Virus record (IMG/VR): IMGVR_UViG_3300046719_000006
Coordinates: 1-38,810 of that record
From: a virus
Taxonomy: Duplodnaviria; Caudoviricetes
Length of the DNA stretch: 38,810 nucleotides
Direction: 5' to 3' (one strand)
Every line of letters starts with the position of its first letter. Positions within the stretch are counted from its first letter, which is position 1. Below, in pieces: positions 1 through 8,813 of the stretch. The notes beneath the pieces were generated by a model. It was not told the DNA's origin. It made no database searches and saw nothing but the letters and a program-made list of their open reading frames with translations. The translations under genes were made by a program, and so were the position numbers.

Positions 1-2225
1 GCTGTAGTGAATGACTCGTAAAAGCGTTGTGCGCTCATTTGGTGAAAGCCATTGATTGCAGCCCAGGCAGTATAACCATTATAGATATCAGTTCGTGCAG
101 TGAAGGCATTACCACTACTGTGGAATAGTACTCGTTCCTCAATGAACCCCCGTAGTGGGTCCGCCTCCATCTTGAATCGCTCGGTCGCTTTCTCCACACT
201 CGGCGGCAATGTGAACCTACCGCGACGCATCACCTGTTGCAGCCCGCCTACAGCCCCCCGTAAAAGCCCCTGTAAACTCTGCTGCGTCGTCAGACGCCCC
301 ACTAGGGTGGGATCGGCTACCCCGGCCGGGAAAAAGGCTGAGAAGGGCACCACGACCCATCGACTAAAGAAACCCTCAGTTGTATCAGCAGTACGCGGGA
401 GCGCGTTGAAGGCAGCAATCATGAGCGCGCGGCATTGGAACACAAAAGGATCCTTATGCTTATGCTGCCCCTGCATATAGTCGCCACCTGTCAATTGCTT
501 GAATTGCTCGGTGGACTTGAAGATACGCGGGTCCACGTCTCCCACCAGGTTAGCAAGCTTCCCGTGAAGCTGCGCGCTAGAGAACTGTGAACTATCAAGC
601 GCCTGAGGTGTGACGGCGGAAATGTTGTTGTGGCCAACAAGCATCCGTGCCAATCGTATAAACGTACCCTTGCCATTTCGTCCACTCCCGTACAAGAGGA
701 TGGCTTTATGCAGAGGGTTATCGTTGTACAGCATGTACCCGAGTATCTCGTATGCCAATTCAACCGCGTCACCCGGGAACACCTCCCTAAAGAATTGATC
801 GATCTCGGGACAGTCTGCTTCCTCATCCCACGAGATAGGTATGCGCACGGTAGAGAGCACGTGTGGGTTGTGTGGGTAGAGCTTCCCTTCCTGCCAGTCT
901 AGGAGACCGTTAGGGAGGTTCAGGTATTGGACGTCTTGTCGGTCATCGGTAATGAGAGGCTCTCTATTGCTAACAACACTGAGCACGTTCGATGCATGGC
1001 TAGGGCGGTAACGCTGCCTGAGTAGGGTTTCTGTGCGTCGGTAAATCTCACTCTCACCATCCGGTGTCCAGAGACCATCTGTGTGTCTATAAATGATACG
1101 TCCCGGACCCACGGCAAGCTTTCCAGTGCGTTCCACAGCGAGCCTAAGTCCGCGTGCTTTAAGGCCATGCTTAGGATCAAAGAATCTAGCTGGATCTTTT
1201 CCTCGCTCTGCCTCTTCGATGACACAAGGATCTCCATCTCGTACCCTCTCTATCGCAGTCTTCTCTACAGCACCGACACACGCGCGGGTCCACTCTGCTT
1301 CAGCAGCACCAACCTCACGCCGGCCGCTACCATCTGCTTGTGCATAGAACGTGGATTTGATTTTTTCAAGCGCTTTAAGGCCCCCAGAATGACCTTGGGA
1401 CATTTCGGACAATACCGACCACACGGCATTGACCATCGAATCGTGCATTCCGCCTAGGTCGGCGTGCTTACGTATTTCCCGCAAGTGATGCAGAACCACT
1501 CGTTTGATTTCGGCGCATGGCTTACCCGCTCCATGCTCCCGCATCCACAGACGGGAATCGACTGCGGCTCTTTCTCGATGGATATAGCCGTTCCCGTTGG
1601 CCAACTGAAGCCATTTATCAGGGAGATCAGAGAACTCATCGATCCCTGGTAGGTAACCGTTGGACGCTCGGAGAGTATTTTTACGCAGATTGGCCCATCG
1701 ATATTGCCCCCCATCAGGGTGCACACTCGGCGGAACGACCATATATCGATAGTGTCGGTAAATGACATCAAGTCCCGTTTCCAGCTTTCCCGGCCATGTC
1801 ATTTCAGTAGGGCATATGAACCACAAATGATATCTTTCAGGGTTGCCCCGGAATGACATCCACGTAGGCGGTAGCTCGCCGAATTTATCTTCTAGTTCAT
1901 TCAGGGCTTCCTGCCCTGGTTTACCATCGATATCGAGTACCACCACACCATCGGGAATGATGCTCCCGATATTGCGTGCTCTATCGCTGGCTAGCCAGTT
2001 ATCAAGCGTAGCTTGCGTGTAATCGATATCATTGGGAACCCCCTTAGGTGGAGGAAACTTCTTACCCTCAGGCAAGGGAATCGGGAGGAAGCCTGCTTGG
2101 TAATAATCCTCTGCTGCCGTATGGAAGGGTGACCATCCGAGCGACACAGCACTAGGCGCTACATGGCGGGGTGTGTTACGCTCCGTCTTGCGTCGGCTAA
2201 GAGTTCCGCGGCGTGGTTCGCGCAT
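1..2225 (-). CDS. Bifunctional primase-polymerase (Prim-Pol) fused to D5-like SF3 helicase, 3'-partial
   Basis: Manual translation from ATG 2225 (RBS GAGAGGAGAGGA), read codon by codon for most of its length and in frame at the window edge. Prim-Pol motifs NIGSIIPDGVVVLDID and VVPPSVHPDGGQYRW; D5-N LNLPNGLLDW; Walker A LLYGSGRNGKGT; FKQLTGGD; FFSRWVVVPF. Absent from the ORF track because it has no stop in the window. Confidence 0.92.
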   Translation of the reverse strand, partial: MREPRRGTLSRRKTERNTPRHVAPSAVSLGWSPFHTAAEDYYQAGFLPIPLPEGKKFPPPKGVPNDIDYTQATLDNWLASDRARNIGSIIPDGVVVLDIDGKPGQEALNELEDKFGELPPTWMSFRGNPERYHLWFICPTEMTWPGKLETGLDVIYRHYRYMVVPPSVHPDGGQYRWANLRKNTLRASNGYLPGIDEFSDLPDKWLQLANGNGYIHRERAAVDSRLWMREHGAGKPCAEIKRVVLHHLREIRKHADLGGMHDSMVNAVWSVLSEMSQGHSGGLKALEKIKSTFYAQADGSGRREVGAAEAEWTRACVGAVEKTAIERVRDGDPCVIEEAERGKDPARFFDPKHGLKARGLRLAVERTGKLAVGPGRIIYRHTDGLWTPDGESEIYRRTETLLRQRYRPSHASNVLSVVSNREPLITDDRQDVQYLNLPNGLLDWQEGKLYPHNPHVLSTVRIPISWDEEADCPEIDQFFREVFPGDAVELAYEILGYMLYNDNPLHKAILLYGSGRNGKGTFIRLARMLVGHNNISAVTPQALDSSQFSSAQLHGKLANLVGDVDPRIFKSTEQFKQLTGGDYMQGQHKHKDPFVFQCRALMIAAFNALPRTADTTEGFFSRWVVVPFSAFFPAGVADPTLVGRLTTQQSLQGLLRGAVGGLQQVMRRGRFTLPPSVEKATERFKMEADPLRGFIEERVLFHSSGNAFTARTDIYNGYTAWAAINGFHQMSAQRFYESFTT

Positions 2226-2248
2226 TTCCTCTCCTCTCTCTGTAACAA

Positions 2249-2294
2249 GAAATAGCCCCTAGTGCCTAGTCTCCTTGGCATTGGGGGCTATTTC
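2249..2294. terminator. Intergenic hairpin, probable terminator or RNA structure
   Basis: GAAATAGCCCC/GGGGCTATTTC inverted repeat; further GCCCCCG/CGGGGGC stems at ~2316-2361. Confidence 0.55.
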
Positions 2295-2367
2295 CATTTG
2301 CACTTAGATAAACGAAATGCCCCCGCATGAGCACGGGGGCAAATCTCAATACGGGGGCATTCCGTCC

Positions 2368-2400
2368 GGCTAGCTGCAACCCGTCCAGATACAGCTAGCC
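2368..2400 (-). terminator. Hairpin downstream of 2408..2695
   Basis: GGCTAGCTG/CAGCTAGCC inverted repeat just after the stop codon. Confidence 0.5.
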
Positions 2401-2407
2401 TGTAAAG

Positions 2408-2695
2408 CTATTCAGCGGCGGGAGGAGTAGCGCCGATGATGAGCACCTTGACCGCGGTGGTACCGGGCGGGGCGTAGATGCTACCAACCACAACGCCGTC
2501 AGTCTCAGCAGGAAAGGTGAACTTCGCGTAGCGCTTGGTCTCTCTGTCAGCTACGAAGTCGACAGTGAATCGATCCTTAGGCGCCTCAGTCGAAGCCGGG
2601 GCGGCAGCAGGCGCAGCCTTAGCAGGCGTGGCCTTAGCAGCCCTAGATGCCCTCGTGCGGGTCGGTCGAGTGCTAGCGGTGGGAGTCTCAGCCAT
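2408..2695 (-). CDS. Hypothetical protein with basic Ala/Lys/Pro-rich N-terminus
   Basis: 95-aa ORF, GAGG RBS, downstream of a TTGACA promoter. Confidence 0.75.
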   Translation of the reverse strand: MAETPTASTRPTRTRASRAAKATPAKAAPAAAPASTEAPKDRFTVDFVADRETKRYAKFTFPAETDGVVVGSIYAPPGTTAVKVLIIGATPPAAE

Positions 2696-2744
2696 GGTGT
2701 CCTCAATCCTCTCTCAGTGCCCCTCAGGGGCTTACAAGATTGGT

Positions 2745-2774
2745 ACCTTGCATGGTGCCGGCATTTCTTGTCAA
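2745..2774 (-). promoter_or_regulatory. Housekeeping-sigma-type promoter (TTGACA-18-CAAGGT)
   Basis: Perfect -35 at 2774-2769; weaker -10 at 2750-2745. Confidence 0.55.
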
Positions 2775-2775
2775 G

Positions 2776-2791
2776 TGTGACTTAGGTCACA
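2776..2791. promoter_or_regulatory. CRP/GlxR-type palindrome TGTGA-CTTAGG-TCACA
   Basis: Exact TGTGA-N6-TCACA consensus next to the -35 element; near-identical copy at 19622-19637. Confidence 0.65.
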
Positions 2792-2880
2792 GGCGTCAGC
2801 ATGGTCAAGAAACTGAACATGAGTAGGAAAACTTCGATGTCATGGCGCTCTAGCCATGGAATGAATTTCTCCCACTTCAT
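2782..2880 (-). CDS. Small hydrophobic peptide (32 aa, MKWEKFIPWLERHDIEVFLLMFSFLTMLTPVT)
   Basis: Manual translation; ATGA overlap with the upstream ORF. Confidence 0.5.
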   Translation of the reverse strand: MKWEKFIPWLERHDIEVFLLMFSFLTMLTPVT

Positions 2881-3002
2881 GGAATAAGACCAGGCCAGTT
2901 AGCATCGACCACGATTACGACGCTAGTAATCACGATGGAGATTGTTATACCGGTGATGATACCCATCACGTACCACCAAATTGGATTAGCAGCGCTGCGC
3001 AT
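2877..3002 (-). CDS. Small single-pass membrane protein (41 aa, MRSAANPIWWYVMGIITGITISIVITSVVIVVDANWPGLIP)
   Basis: Manual translation; TAATG overlap with the upstream stop; one TM helix. Confidence 0.6.
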   Translation of the reverse strand: MRSAANPIWWYVMGIITGITISIVITSVVIVVDANWPGLIP

Positions 3003-3751
3003 TAGCTCAGTAGCCTTCCGATGTATTCCTGCCCCTTCTCCTGACCAGCACTGATCATGCCCTTAGCCTCTTCAAGGCGAGCACTGAGCGAAGCAGCTTC
3101 AAGGTGTGCCTTTGAAAGCAGCGACGCATACTCCACGAGCGCACCCTGTGTTTCGTTATCGGTCACACGATAAATGATATCGCGCGCCTGACCAATTGAT
3201 GTTAGCACATCACTAAGTGTGTTCTGCATTTCTTGCAATCCGCCGAGTGCCTCGCCACTCTTAAGCGCAGCCTCATTAATATCAGCAATCAGTTCGTTAA
3301 CCGTAGCCACGCGATGCCCCATCTCTTGTCCAAGGATTCCTATTGGATTCCTGTGTCGCTTAGCATCAGGCTTGATGTCTTCATCTGCCCGACCGTTCAA
3401 TTGCCAATCTGCGGAATCAGGTTCTGGCTCTCTCCCCCTACGCCTAATACCGCGTAAGGTGGTTGAGTCTCCAGCCATACCCCTAGATTCACTATGACCT
3501 TCACGAACTGCGTGTTGGATAATGATTGAATCTTCATGCTCACGCGCCTCTACTAGCAGCCTAGCAGCAAGCGAAAGAGGCAAATGCATTAGCGACATAA
3601 TACAGGTGCCGCTAAGAATCGGATGCACAATCGTATGTGTTCGCACTAGGGTTTCAGTACCACCTGATAGTGATTCAGTGGATGAAACCGTAGTGGTCTC
3701 AGCACAGAATATGTATAAACAAGGCTGGCGCGTGATTAGTAGTTTAGTCAT
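3002..3751 (-). CDS. Hypothetical ORF, probably more than one gene; C-terminal ~102 aa (GTG 3310) is an all-helical hairpin-like protein
   Basis: 249-aa ORF with a low-quality middle section; an alternative-frame 46-aa ORF lies at 3397-3537. Confidence 0.55.
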   Translation of the reverse strand: MTKLLITRQPCLYIFCAETTTVSSTESLSGGTETLVRTHTIVHPILSGTCIMSLMHLPLSLAARLLVEAREHEDSIIIQHAVREGHSESRGMAGDSTTLRGIRRRGREPEPDSADWQLNGRADEDIKPDAKRHRNPIGILGQEMGHRVATVNELIADINEAALKSGEALGGLQEMQNTLSDVLTSIGQARDIIYRVTDNETQGALVEYASLLSKAHLEAASLSARLEEAKGMISAGQEKGQEYIGRLLS

Positions 3752-4214
3752 TGTTCCTGCTGGAAATGATCCAGATGCGATTACTTAGCTGTGAATTAAC
3801 TACACGCACCATTGCTGGCTTTTGATTCCGCTGATTGATCAAGAACACTAGCCGGCCGTAGTCACGCCATTGTAGATCATTAACCTTATAGACGTCAGCG
3901 CCACGCCTAGCTAATACCAGCATGCCCACCTTTAGGTTGTTGGTGGACACCATCGGTATAGCGCGAGGGTTGATAATGCGTGGCTCGTTAGGTGCTTGAT
4001 TAGCTGTCTCCTCACGTTTCTTACGTGCCCACTCCAGTTGCCGCTTACGTTGGCAATCGGTACATTCGCAACGTTTCTCATGTTGATCTATTTTAGTGAT
4101 CGATGTACCGGCTAGTATGATCATTCCGAAGAATGCAGCGATTGCACCACCGAGCATACCTACCGTTGCGACTACCCATTGCCAACCTTCAAGTGCCCAA
4201 TACCAATCAAACAC
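3744..4214 (-). CDS. Membrane-anchored hypothetical protein with CxCxxC motif
   Basis: N-terminal TM segment, HEKRCECTDC. Confidence 0.7.
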   Translation of the reverse strand: MFDWYWALEGWQWVVATVGMLGGAIAAFFGMIILAGTSITKIDQHEKRCECTDCQRKRQLEWARKKREETANQAPNEPRIINPRAIPMVSTNNLKVGMLVLARRGADVYKVNDLQWRDYGRLVFLINQRNQKPAMVRVVNSQLSNRIWIISSRNND

Positions 4215-4220
4215 ATTCCC

Positions 4221-4898
4221 TCAGTCCCGCAAATGCACTAGGTCGCAGCGCCTCCCTCTCTCGCAAGCGCAGTCCCAATATGCATTTGCTGTCTGACCGT
4301 CTGACAGCTTCCATGGTTTACTCAGCGATTTAGTTTTCACTCGCCGAATCCATACGATGGCGTGCTGCATGGCGGCAAACGCATCTTTGCCCCTGCCTGT
4401 CTTAGTCCACCTCCCACCGCGGTTCATCGGACTATCGAAGCCTGCACGCGTCAGTCGCTCTGGTGTGACGTTGGTACGCATCGACCGCCGCTGTAGCTCT
4501 AGCTTGATTGCTAGCTTGTTAGCCTCCCATGCTAGCACAGCGTTGCACCGTACGGGACTAAGTAGGTTGTCTCCGCCGATAGTCTGCATTAATTCGAAGT
4601 CTTCCGAAATGACATCAGTGCGTGAAACCACATCGGTCGGATTGACATAGGGCATAGCGCCGAATCTCGCGTAACGCATCAGCTTGGTAGCGGTAGTTAG
4701 TTGTTCGTGCTCCGAGCCGCTGAATTCACCACACTTCCAATTGACAACGCAATCCAGCGCTTTGTGCTCAGGCCGACTGAATGCTCTAACATCTAGTGCT
4801 AGGTGCGCCCAACCAATCGTGCCACCAGGATCAAATGCGACTAGGTGATATTCATTCGGGTTAGCTCCCAATGCCAAACGCCTTACCCTCAAAATCAA
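4221..4898 (-). CDS. RuvC-like Holliday junction resolvase
   Basis: LVAFDPGGTIGWA, VISEDF and DAFAAMQHA match the RNase H-fold resolvase pattern; position after the polymerase. Confidence 0.7.
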   Translation of the reverse strand: MILRVRRLALGANPNEYHLVAFDPGGTIGWAHLALDVRAFSRPEHKALDCVVNWKCGEFSGSEHEQLTTATKLMRYARFGAMPYVNPTDVVSRTDVISEDFELMQTIGGDNLLSPVRCNAVLAWEANKLAIKLELQRRSMRTNVTPERLTRAGFDSPMNRGGRWTKTGRGKDAFAAMQHAIVWIRRVKTKSLSKPWKLSDGQTANAYWDCACERGRRCDLVHLRD

Positions 4899-5079
4899 TG
4901 ACCCTAGTAGCCGGAGTAATTCGTCGGATTAGAGGTAGTTCTCCGCCTAGGTTTAGAATCATGTCTTCCAGCGTCTTGATATTGCAATTACGATTGGCGT
5001 CGGCAGGATCCTCAATACCCAATTCTTTTAGTAGTATCTCTTTGTACTGATCATCGGTAACCGCACGTTCTCTCGGCAT
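4861..5079 (-). CDS. Hypothetical protein
   Basis: 72-aa ORF, GAGAGGA RBS. Confidence 0.6.
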   Translation of the reverse strand: MPRERAVTDDQYKEILLKELGIEDPADANRNCNIKTLEDMILNLGGELPLIRRITPATRVIDFEGKAFGIGS

Positions 5080-5088
5080 GATTTCCTC

Positions 5089-5193
5089 TCAGCGAACAAT
5101 CAGTGACACCAGGAGAATAACGATTGCCACTATTCCTCCGATGATACATCCTTCGATGAATCGGTCAGTGAATCGTTTGCGGTATCCCGACAC
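5089..5193 (-). CDS. Small single-pass membrane peptide (34 aa, MSGYRKRFTDRFIEGCIIGGIVAIVILLVSLIVR)
   Basis: Manual translation; GTG start with GGAG RBS; fills the gap before 5079. Confidence 0.55.
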   Translation of the reverse strand: MSGYRKRFTDRFIEGCIIGGIVAIVILLVSLIVR

Positions 5194-5432
5194 CTTAGAT
5201 TCTCCAATGCTGTCTGCATTGATTGCCTAATGTTCAGCACGGCACGTCCATCTTTTGCTTGATCTAGTTCACCAATCCATAGTTCTAGGTGTTGCTCTAG
5301 ATTGTGGATGATGATTGTTTGCCGCCGCACTCTGGATAGCGGGTTATCGAAGTAGGCTCCGCTAGTCTGCTTTGACATATCCATGGCCCCACGACCTTCC
5401 GTAGACTTTGCCAGTTGCGGTAATTGGCACAC
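5130..5432 (-). CDS. Hypothetical helical protein (true start probably ~5378-5384)
   Basis: ORF overlapping the end of the polymerase C-terminal gene. Confidence 0.6.
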   Translation of the reverse strand: MCQLPQLAKSTEGRGAMDMSKQTSGAYFDNPLSRVRRQTIIIHNLEQHLELWIGELDQAKDGRAVLNIRQSMQTALENLRCRDTANDSLTDSSKDVSSEE

Positions 5433-6264
5433 CCATAAACTCTCGCGTCATGACCTCACCATAGCGCTTGGCGGTGTCTTCAGCCTCACCCTTCCATTGC
5501 TGTCCTAGTATCTCGTCATGTACGGGTAGCAGGACCGTAGGACCTAGATAAGGGTCATCCATGACGTCCAACAGAGCACGCTTCATAAGGTCGGCCGCAG
5601 TGGATTGCACTTTGTAGTTCAACACCGTATAAGCTTTAGCTGCTTCTACGATCAACCGCCGGCCAGTTGGCGTATGTACATAGCCAATCTTGCCGTACAT
5701 GATCCGGTCGATCTGGAATTGCAAAGCCTTGCGTGCGGCGCGACCCCCTGAGGTGTCATCCCGTAGGTACTGCATACGGCTACGTAGCGAGTAATACTCT
5801 TTCTTCTCAGTGGAGCTGAGCGCAGCATTGATAATCTTTTGTGTTTCGCTACGCTTATAGGCGGCAAGAGCTGGGAATGTATTTTCATATTCCTTGGTCA
5901 TCTTGACGCACTCACTAAACGGCAAACCTGTTTGCTCGCTCAGGGTTTTAGCTCCACCACCGAACAGCCAACCATACGTAACATTCTTGGTATAGCGGTA
6001 CTGGTCTGGATTGTAGCCAGCCCCCCATAACTTAACCGCGGAAGCCTTGATGAGGTGCTCGCCTCGCTTAGCTGCATCGATCAGAACCTTCTCGCCAGCC
6101 AATCCTGCTGCGATACGCAATTCAATCTGATCGAAGTCGGCAGTCAAGATAACGTGCCCAGGGTCGGCTATGAAGCAGCGCCTTACGGTGTCAGCGCTGA
6201 GCAAACGCATTTTTACAATCTGAACATGTTGTTTCATTACGCCTACTAGACCACCGTAATGCAC
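5362..6264 (-). CDS. DNA polymerase family A, C-terminal half (palm and fingers); start probably ATG 6210 or 6237
   Basis: VRRCFIADPG; motif A ILTADFDQIELR; motif B KNVTYGWLFGG; NYKVQSTAAD; motif C LLPVHDE. Confidence 0.93.
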   Translation of the reverse strand: MHYGGLVGVMKQHVQIVKMRLLSADTVRRCFIADPGHVILTADFDQIELRIAAGLAGEKVLIDAAKRGEHLIKASAVKLWGAGYNPDQYRYTKNVTYGWLFGGGAKTLSEQTGLPFSECVKMTKEYENTFPALAAYKRSETQKIINAALSSTEKKEYYSLRSRMQYLRDDTSGGRAARKALQFQIDRIMYGKIGYVHTPTGRRLIVEAAKAYTVLNYKVQSTAADLMKRALLDVMDDPYLGPTVLLPVHDEILGQQWKGEAEDTAKRYGEVMTREFMGVPITATGKVYGRSWGHGYVKAD

Positions 6265-6526
6265 TACCGCCTAAGGTAGTGGTTGTCTCTCCACATTCCA
6301 TTACGCAATCGCCTTTACTTCCATCCCAAAAATGCATAGGTGCAGGTTCTGAATCTTCACGCTCCATGAAGTCAGGCGCATACAGCTTTAGATTCAGCAT
6401 GGTCATGCCGTGGCGGCGTTCGACACTGTATTCAGTACTGACCATAGCCGGATCAATTCCTTGATCCTTAAGCCATGATTCCAGCCGTTTATCTAGTTCA
6501 GTGTTATACATCACCCGTTTAGGCAC
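6191..6526 (-). CDS. Hypothetical protein with putative Zn ligands (H, C, CSDC), between the polymerase halves
   Basis: 111-aa ORF, GAGGAG RBS. Confidence 0.7.
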   Translation of the reverse strand: MPKRVMYNTELDKRLESWLKDQGIDPAMVSTEYSVERRHGMTMLNLKLYAPDFMEREDSEPAPMHFWDGSKGDCVMECGETTTTLGGSALRWSSRRNETTCSDCKNAFAQR

Positions 6527-6528
6527 TA

Positions 6529-6771
6529 CTACTCCTCATCTACTACAGTTCCACCGAGAAAGCTTGCTGTAACAACTAAGCCTGCATCAGCGATAATGCG
6601 GAGTCTCGATTCCTCAATCCGGAAGTTGGCAACGATCGACTTCAGCTCTGTCGATTCCTTGGTTGCTAGCTCTGCCCGCTGGCAGAATATGATCTCTTCA
6701 ATAAGCTGTTCCCTGGTCATTTCTTTGATGACGCTAAACCCAACAATGTGGGTATTCACTTCCTCGCTCAA
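6529..6771 (-). CDS. Hypothetical protein between the polymerase halves
   Basis: 80-aa ORF; TTGA start/stop overlap. Confidence 0.7.
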   Translation of the reverse strand: MSEEVNTHIVGFSVIKEMTREQLIEEIIFCQRAELATKESTELKSIVANFRIEESRLRIIADAGLVVTASFLGGTVVDEE

Positions 6772-7013
6772 CGCGGATCGCCCCCCTTGATGAAGCTAAG
6801 ATAAATCTCTGCCGCCGTTACTACTTGTGCGGCGCTTTCCTCAGCGCCATCTTTAACTACTGCAAAAGCTACATTCCTAGTCTCGATAGCCAGCTTTAGT
6901 GCAATAGCACGGCACTCTCTGGAATTATCAATTGGCAATGCAATCATCTTAGCTGCTTTGGCGATAGCCTGCCCGATTCGCGTGGCGTCTTCATCAGTCA
7001 TATTCGTAGTCAT
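6768..7013 (-). CDS. Hypothetical protein between the polymerase halves
   Basis: 81-aa ORF; ATGA overlap with the polymerase N-half stop. Confidence 0.7.
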   Translation of the reverse strand: MTTNMTDEDATRIGQAIAKAAKMIALPIDNSRECRAIALKLAIETRNVAFAVVKDGAEESAAQVVTAAEIYLSFIKGGDPR

Positions 7014-8197
7014 TCTGCGTCGACCTCTCGATCCTTCGTGGGTAGTTGCTGCAACGGTGGACTGCTCACGCTCATGCGTGTTGTCCTAGCCGCTAGCGTG
7101 TTGATACTCGGGTGCACCCTACCGGCAGAGTCACACTCGTCTAGCATCTGCTGTGTGTAGCTTTCACGGCGTTTAAGTAGCTGCTTAGCGCCAAGCACAC
7201 AGTGAATGTAGCCATGCACATGATCTATACTTTGATCATTTGCTAGTTCCCGTAGCACGCCGTTATCAGTTTTAAGCTGTCCGGTTGGCGTTCTAGCAGT
7301 GAGCACCACACCAAGTCCCGCCAGCGTGGCGGCAATCTGCGCACCGCTATTGATATTTGCACAGCCGTATTCTGCTGCCTGTGTTTTGAACTTATCCGCC
7401 TGCACTAGGAATGCATCATTCAGCCGTTCGGTGTATCGAGTGTCAAGCCGCATCGCTCGCCGAGTAAGTTTGTCTCCGGCTTCCTGCACTCGCTTATCAA
7501 AACAATAGAGTTCGTAGAACTCACGAACAACTGGCTGGTAGTAGGCCCATAAGCGGTAGGTAAGCAGGGGATCTGCCGCCGCATACGCAATGTACGCTGG
7601 ATGTTTAGGATCGATAAGCGCCCAACCTTCCGATAGCTTGATCTTTCGTAGTTTCTGCGTACCCTTTCTAGGGCCGGATTTGTATACCTCGCCCGGTATT
7701 GGGACCGTAATAGCTTTGAACGTTGCCTTAAGCGCCTGCTCCCACTTACCCGCATCCCGCGAGACATGGGCAATCGCCTGCTCTTTGAGGCCATGCCCGA
7801 TTCCGCCATCCTCTTTCTTTCGTGAGTCTGCGTAATGAGCGGGTATGTAGGTTTCGCCAGCACAACTGACACCCGTATCTTCTCCAAGCCAGGCATCGAT
7901 GGAGCGAATGTCGTGGGGTCCATTGTGGCCAATCCATTTGATATTAGGTAGTCGAATGATCCAATCTATTTGACGCTTGAATTGTGCTGGCACCACATAG
8001 GCGGTACTTGCATTACCGATCTGAAACGTGCGCAGTTGCCACCCTGGCTTATAGCAATTGATACCCGTCGACTCTGTGTCCATTCCCAGTGCCTTGTGGC
8101 GGAATGCAAAGTCGCGCATCTCTTGACGATCATCTGCTGTCTCACAATAATTGAACGTGATCGGATCGGCGCCTAGGGTGTCATGAATGCGCAGCAC
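7010..8197 (-). CDS. DNA polymerase family A, N-terminal half (3'-5' exonuclease and thumb)
   Basis: ExoI MDTES, ExoII HNGPHD, ExoIII YAAAD; thumb NINSGAQI and TPTGQLKTD; GRVHPSINTLAARTTRMSVSSPPLQQLP followed shortly by a stop. Confidence 0.93.
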   Translation of the reverse strand: MLRIHDTLGADPITFNYCETADDRQEMRDFAFRHKALGMDTESTGINCYKPGWQLRTFQIGNASTAYVVPAQFKRQIDWIIRLPNIKWIGHNGPHDIRSIDAWLGEDTGVSCAGETYIPAHYADSRKKEDGGIGHGLKEQAIAHVSRDAGKWEQALKATFKAITVPIPGEVYKSGPRKGTQKLRKIKLSEGWALIDPKHPAYIAYAAADPLLTYRLWAYYQPVVREFYELYCFDKRVQEAGDKLTRRAMRLDTRYTERLNDAFLVQADKFKTQAAEYGCANINSGAQIAATLAGLGVVLTARTPTGQLKTDNGVLRELANDQSIDHVHGYIHCVLGAKQLLKRRESYTQQMLDECDSAGRVHPSINTLAARTTRMSVSSPPLQQLPTKDREVDAE

Positions 8198-8813
8198 GCC
8201 AACGCCCTAGATTTCCCCAATCAGCTTCCAACATCGGCTGTACGTCGGGAGTGCGCAAACCAAATGCAGGGTGCACCATCGGCCAGATATGGAGCTGCTT
8301 ACCCGTCTTTGCGCTGAGGTAGCTATGGTGCTTGCCAGCCGTCCGCAGGATCGACATAGGCTTGCCGGTTACCGCCCTGAGCGCCACACTACCTACCGGA
8401 ATGATAAGGCTTGGTGCACCGACCGCTTCCCACTCATCCATCAGCAGAGGGCGGAATGCTTTGATCTCCACATCAGTCGGATTACGATTACCAGGTGGCC
8501 TGAACTTCAGCACGTTGGTAAGCCAACAATTAGCAGGCTTAGACGGATCACAACGGCTATCAGTAGCCCATAGCCCTGCGATATCCATTAGCTGTCTAAG
8601 CACATTCCCTGCTGCACCGACGAATGGCCTACCAGCGATATCTTCCTGTGCGCCGGGAGCCTCGCCGATAATGAATGCCTGAGGATTATCGCCTTCACCG
8701 GGCACGTACCGCCTACCCTGCAATGCTGGAAACAGCGGCAGTAGATCTTCATGCGCAAGGCGGATTCGATCCAGTGCACCATACTTAATCGCTGGCACGG
8801 AATACCCACTCAA
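8181..8813 (-). CDS. Uracil-DNA glycosylase, family 4-like
   Basis: IIGEAPGAQED, GRPFVGAAG, LTNVLKFRPPGNRNP, VHPAF. Confidence 0.9.
   Translation of the reverse strand: MSGYSVPAIKYGALDRIRLAHEDLLPLFPALQGRRYVPGEGDNPQAFIIGEAPGAQEDIAGRPFVGAAGNVLRQLMDIAGLWATDSRCDPSKPANCWLTNVLKFRPPGNRNPTDVEIKAFRPLLMDEWEAVGAPSLIIPVGSVALRAVTGKPMSILRTAGKHHSYLSAKTGKQLHIWPMVHPAFGLRTPDVQPMLEADWGNLGRWRAAHS

Noticed and set aside
100-1771. Short ORF-track calls on both strands (e.g. 491..826, 920..1237, 1454..1771)
   Set aside because: They are shadow frames of the continuous Prim-Pol/helicase gene.
6211-7009. Self-splicing intron or intein in the polymerase
   Set aside because: No homing endonuclease, intein termini or recognisable group I/II core; the interval is tightly packed with coupled ORFs. 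Not formally excluded without RT-PCR.
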